NCBI GenBank assembly: GCA_001938485.1
Contig: MQRK01227395.1
Coordinates: forward strand, 1 to 55,085
Reading direction: 5' to 3'
Length of the DNA: 55,085 nucleotides
DNA from: Girardia tigrina
Taxonomy: Eukaryota
The first letter of the stretch is position 1; each line of letters opens with the position of its first letter. The notes beneath the pieces are model-generated. The model was not told the origin of the DNA and searched no databases. It saw nothing but the letters and a program-made list of their open reading frames with translations. This document shows positions 52,340 to 55,085 of the stretch, piece after piece. A program made the translations under genes and the position numbers.

Positions 52340-53053
52340 TGCAAACAAAGGCCATTTTTGAATATTAAATTTATTCCCAATACAGACGCGTTTCACCATT
52401 TCGGCATCTTCAGTGCAATGAAATAAAGTGATTAATTGCTATTTATATAGTTGAAAAACTTTTACATAATACGTCTCAAAACATGCTTTTTTTCTTTAAA
52501 AAAATCTTTTAATGATATTTAAAAAACTTTAATATGTTTAGATGAATCACCTTGCACGTTTATGCATGGTTTATGATGCTTTATTAACAATGCTTCGGCA
52601 ATAATCCTTTCATAATTTGTGTCAAAATTATTCAAAATCACTTTAAAATCTTTATTGTAATCCATAAGATCACCTTTACTAAATTAATTTTTCTGTTAGT
52701 CAAAAGGAAAGAGTTAGTTGCTTTTCTTAAATCACTCTTTAAATTCTCATTAGACTCCTCGTCTCCAATAGAGATTAAATTAAAAAAAGCTTTCAATTTT
52801 CGATTTAACTTTAAATTCATTAATTTTGGTTTTTATACCATTATTTAATCCATATTTTCAAGCTTTCGCCATCGAAGAACATTTCATGCATTCTTATGCT
52901 GTTAATAAATTTCGGTAACATATTTTCTTCTTTACACGATATCAAAAAATGATATCCATTCTCTTTTTTTTGGTATTTCGAATATAGCTTTTTGTAGCTA
53001 TACAATTGATTCTTTAATTCTTCTAATTTATTATCTAGAACTGATAATGGCAT
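52340..53053 (-). mobile_element. Internally deleted Penelope-like element (ORF N-terminus joined to GIY-YIG tail and pLTR)
   Basis: 'FLISCKEENMLPKF' N-terminus; hand-translated tail 'DFKVILNNFDTNYERIIAEALLIKHHKPCINVQGDSSKHIKVF*' at about 52519-52680, related to the 13.3-kb tail. Confidence 0.8.
52381..52417 (-). ncRNA. Minimal type I hammerhead ribozyme (GUC triplet)
   Basis: UGCA-CUGAAGA-U-GCCG/aaa/UGGU-GAAA-CGCG-UC-UGUA; palindromic ACGCGU stem III; TATA at 52441-52449 (minus). Confidence 0.85.
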
Positions 53054-54399
53054 TTTTCATAATAATGAAAAGAAAAGATTTTTTTATTATAATTTATTTT
53101 ATGTTTAATTTATTTTCATTATTTAAAAATGACTAATTATTTGCAATTTTTTGTTTGAATTAATCTTCTATTTATTGATTTAGAATATTTACTTATCCGA
53201 CAAAAACAAATTAAATATTGACAAAAGTAACAAATGTTTCACTCTAAAAAATAATCACCAATTAAATTATTAAACTCTAAAAAAATAAAATTTTCTTTTT
53301 CCTAATTAAAAAAAATTAAATATAACTTTCTTTGAGTTTAGAAATATGTTCTTTTTAAAATAACAATTATTTCAAAAAAAAATAAAAAATGAAAATTTTA
53401 ATTAATAATAGAAAATATGAAATAATCAAAAATAAAACAAAATAATAAAATACTAAAAAAATATTTTTAAAAATTTAACAAAAAATATAAAAAACGAAAA
53501 TTATTTCCTCTCGTTTTGAATTTATAAAAAATTTAAATAAATAAAATAATAAAAATATTAAAAATGGTAAATAAATAATCAAAACATTAAAAAGCTCAAA
53601 AAATGTTTTTCTTGTTCTTTTTTAAAAAAAAATTTCTTGCACGCAATTTTGATAATATATACAATTTGTACTACTTTTTGGAAATTAATTATTAAAAATG
53701 TAAATTTGAATTAATTTATTCTTTTTGTGACAAAAAAAATCTGTTACAATTTCAAACAATAACAATTTTTATATTAATAAAATAATTCATATCTTTATTT
53801 ACGACAAAATAATATTTTAGTTACATTTGCATTTATTGAAACAAAATATTTTATACATTAACAATTATTAATATTTTTAATAAAAATTTTAAAAAATTTA
53901 AGTATATTTAAATAAAATTTAAAATATTATATAATTTTCTAAATGTTGCTCAATTTTTTTAAATGTTATCAATTATTTGTTTTTATATTAATGTTTTTTT
54001 AATAATCGTTATTTTTTAATTATACAATAAATTAAAAAAGAAAATAATAAATATTAATGTCTGTCTGTTTCTTCCTAATGTATTAATTTTATATAATTTT
54101 ATGTTTTATATTAATTTTATTAATTTTATTTTTTACACTATTAACGATCAAATATAATAAAAAACAAAATATTTATTTATTCTAGTTAGTTGATATTTTT
54201 GTCTTAAAAGTTTTCATTGAATGTTTCTTATACAATATTTTTGTCAAAAAGTAATGGAAAAAGACACTTTTTATATTTATCAAATTATTTTCAATTTTCT
54301 ATATAAAATATAAGTTTGTAAGTGTTTGCAGTTTTTAAAAAAAAACAAATTTATTTAAATCAGTGGTTCTTCGGTCATTTGAAACTTAAAGGGTCTAAA

Positions 54400-54930
54400 A
54401 ATGATTATTCAGTGTCCTTCACTTCAAGGTTTTAACTTTCTTTTATAATCCTCAACTTAATGAAAAAGTCTGTTGAATCTGTATTTTTATTTTCTGAGTC
54501 ATTCAATTTGTTTTTATGTTAAACCTTTGATGCTTGGCAATAATTCATTTTTCCTGGTAAATAAAATTAAGGGAACGCATCATTTAAAATTTCAGTCAAA
54601 ACTTTTCCTAGAATTGCCACAGATGCTGCAAAGAAACTTTCATTTAACAACTGAACAGGTGTTTCAGCAGTTATATTTGCTCTGAGGCTCAAATATGTTT
54701 TTCTTCTAGAACCTGAACACCTTGGGAATCACTACTATGATCATGTTCTTTCATCAGTAATACGAATTCCTTATCATATGTTCGACTTTATAAACGCATT
54801 TTACATAGTGATTCTTTTTACATGATGTCATCCCATCAGCGCTAAGTTTATCAAAAACATATAAGTATCCATCATGATCATATTTTAGACGATTTCGGTG
54901 CGATCTCACAGTTGTTTGATTCATAACAAT
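54400..54930 (-). mobile_element. FLYWCH-type MULE transposase N-terminal remnant
   Basis: 'SHRNRLKYDHDGYLYVFDKLSADG', 'CKMRL', 'KEHDH'; frameshifted. Confidence 0.6.
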
Positions 54931-55085
54931 TAATAAATACTTAAAAATGAGAAAAGTATGTTATTCAAACGAAATTATACTTTATTGTTAAATGTAATAT
55001 TAATTGCATTATTATAATTTATAAAATACTTGATTAAAACAAAATTTTATTACAATATAACATTTAATAAATTACGTGATTGATT

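Overview
Very AT-rich eukaryotic DNA, almost certainly metazoan (inferred from a Cullin-2-type fragment and a 45-nt GT-AG intron), with several N-gaps. No intact host gene is visible; the window is mostly nested, degenerate transposons. DNA transposons: Tc1/IS630, three mariners (one full-length, mellifera-type, with TIRs and TA TSD), pogo, MULE remnants (SWIM, FLYWCH), hAT, mariner and piggyBac-like MITEs, and a Helitron with both termini. Retroelements: a near-complete BEL/Pao, Ty3/gypsy remnants, a 1.9-kb internally deleted gag-pro LTR element, and four Penelope-like elements that together carry six minimal hammerhead ribozymes, each just downstream of a TATA box. The most unusual structure is an ORF at 28769-30227 with no stop in the called sequence. 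It fuses a Cullin-2-like N-terminal domain, via a GC-rich linker, to the C-terminal half of a Penelope RT and its GIY-YIG endonuclease. Other host-gene fragments (COPB2 WD40, possible DEDDh exonuclease and kinase) are scattered as remnants. All homology calls rest on recognising motifs by eye; no searches were run.
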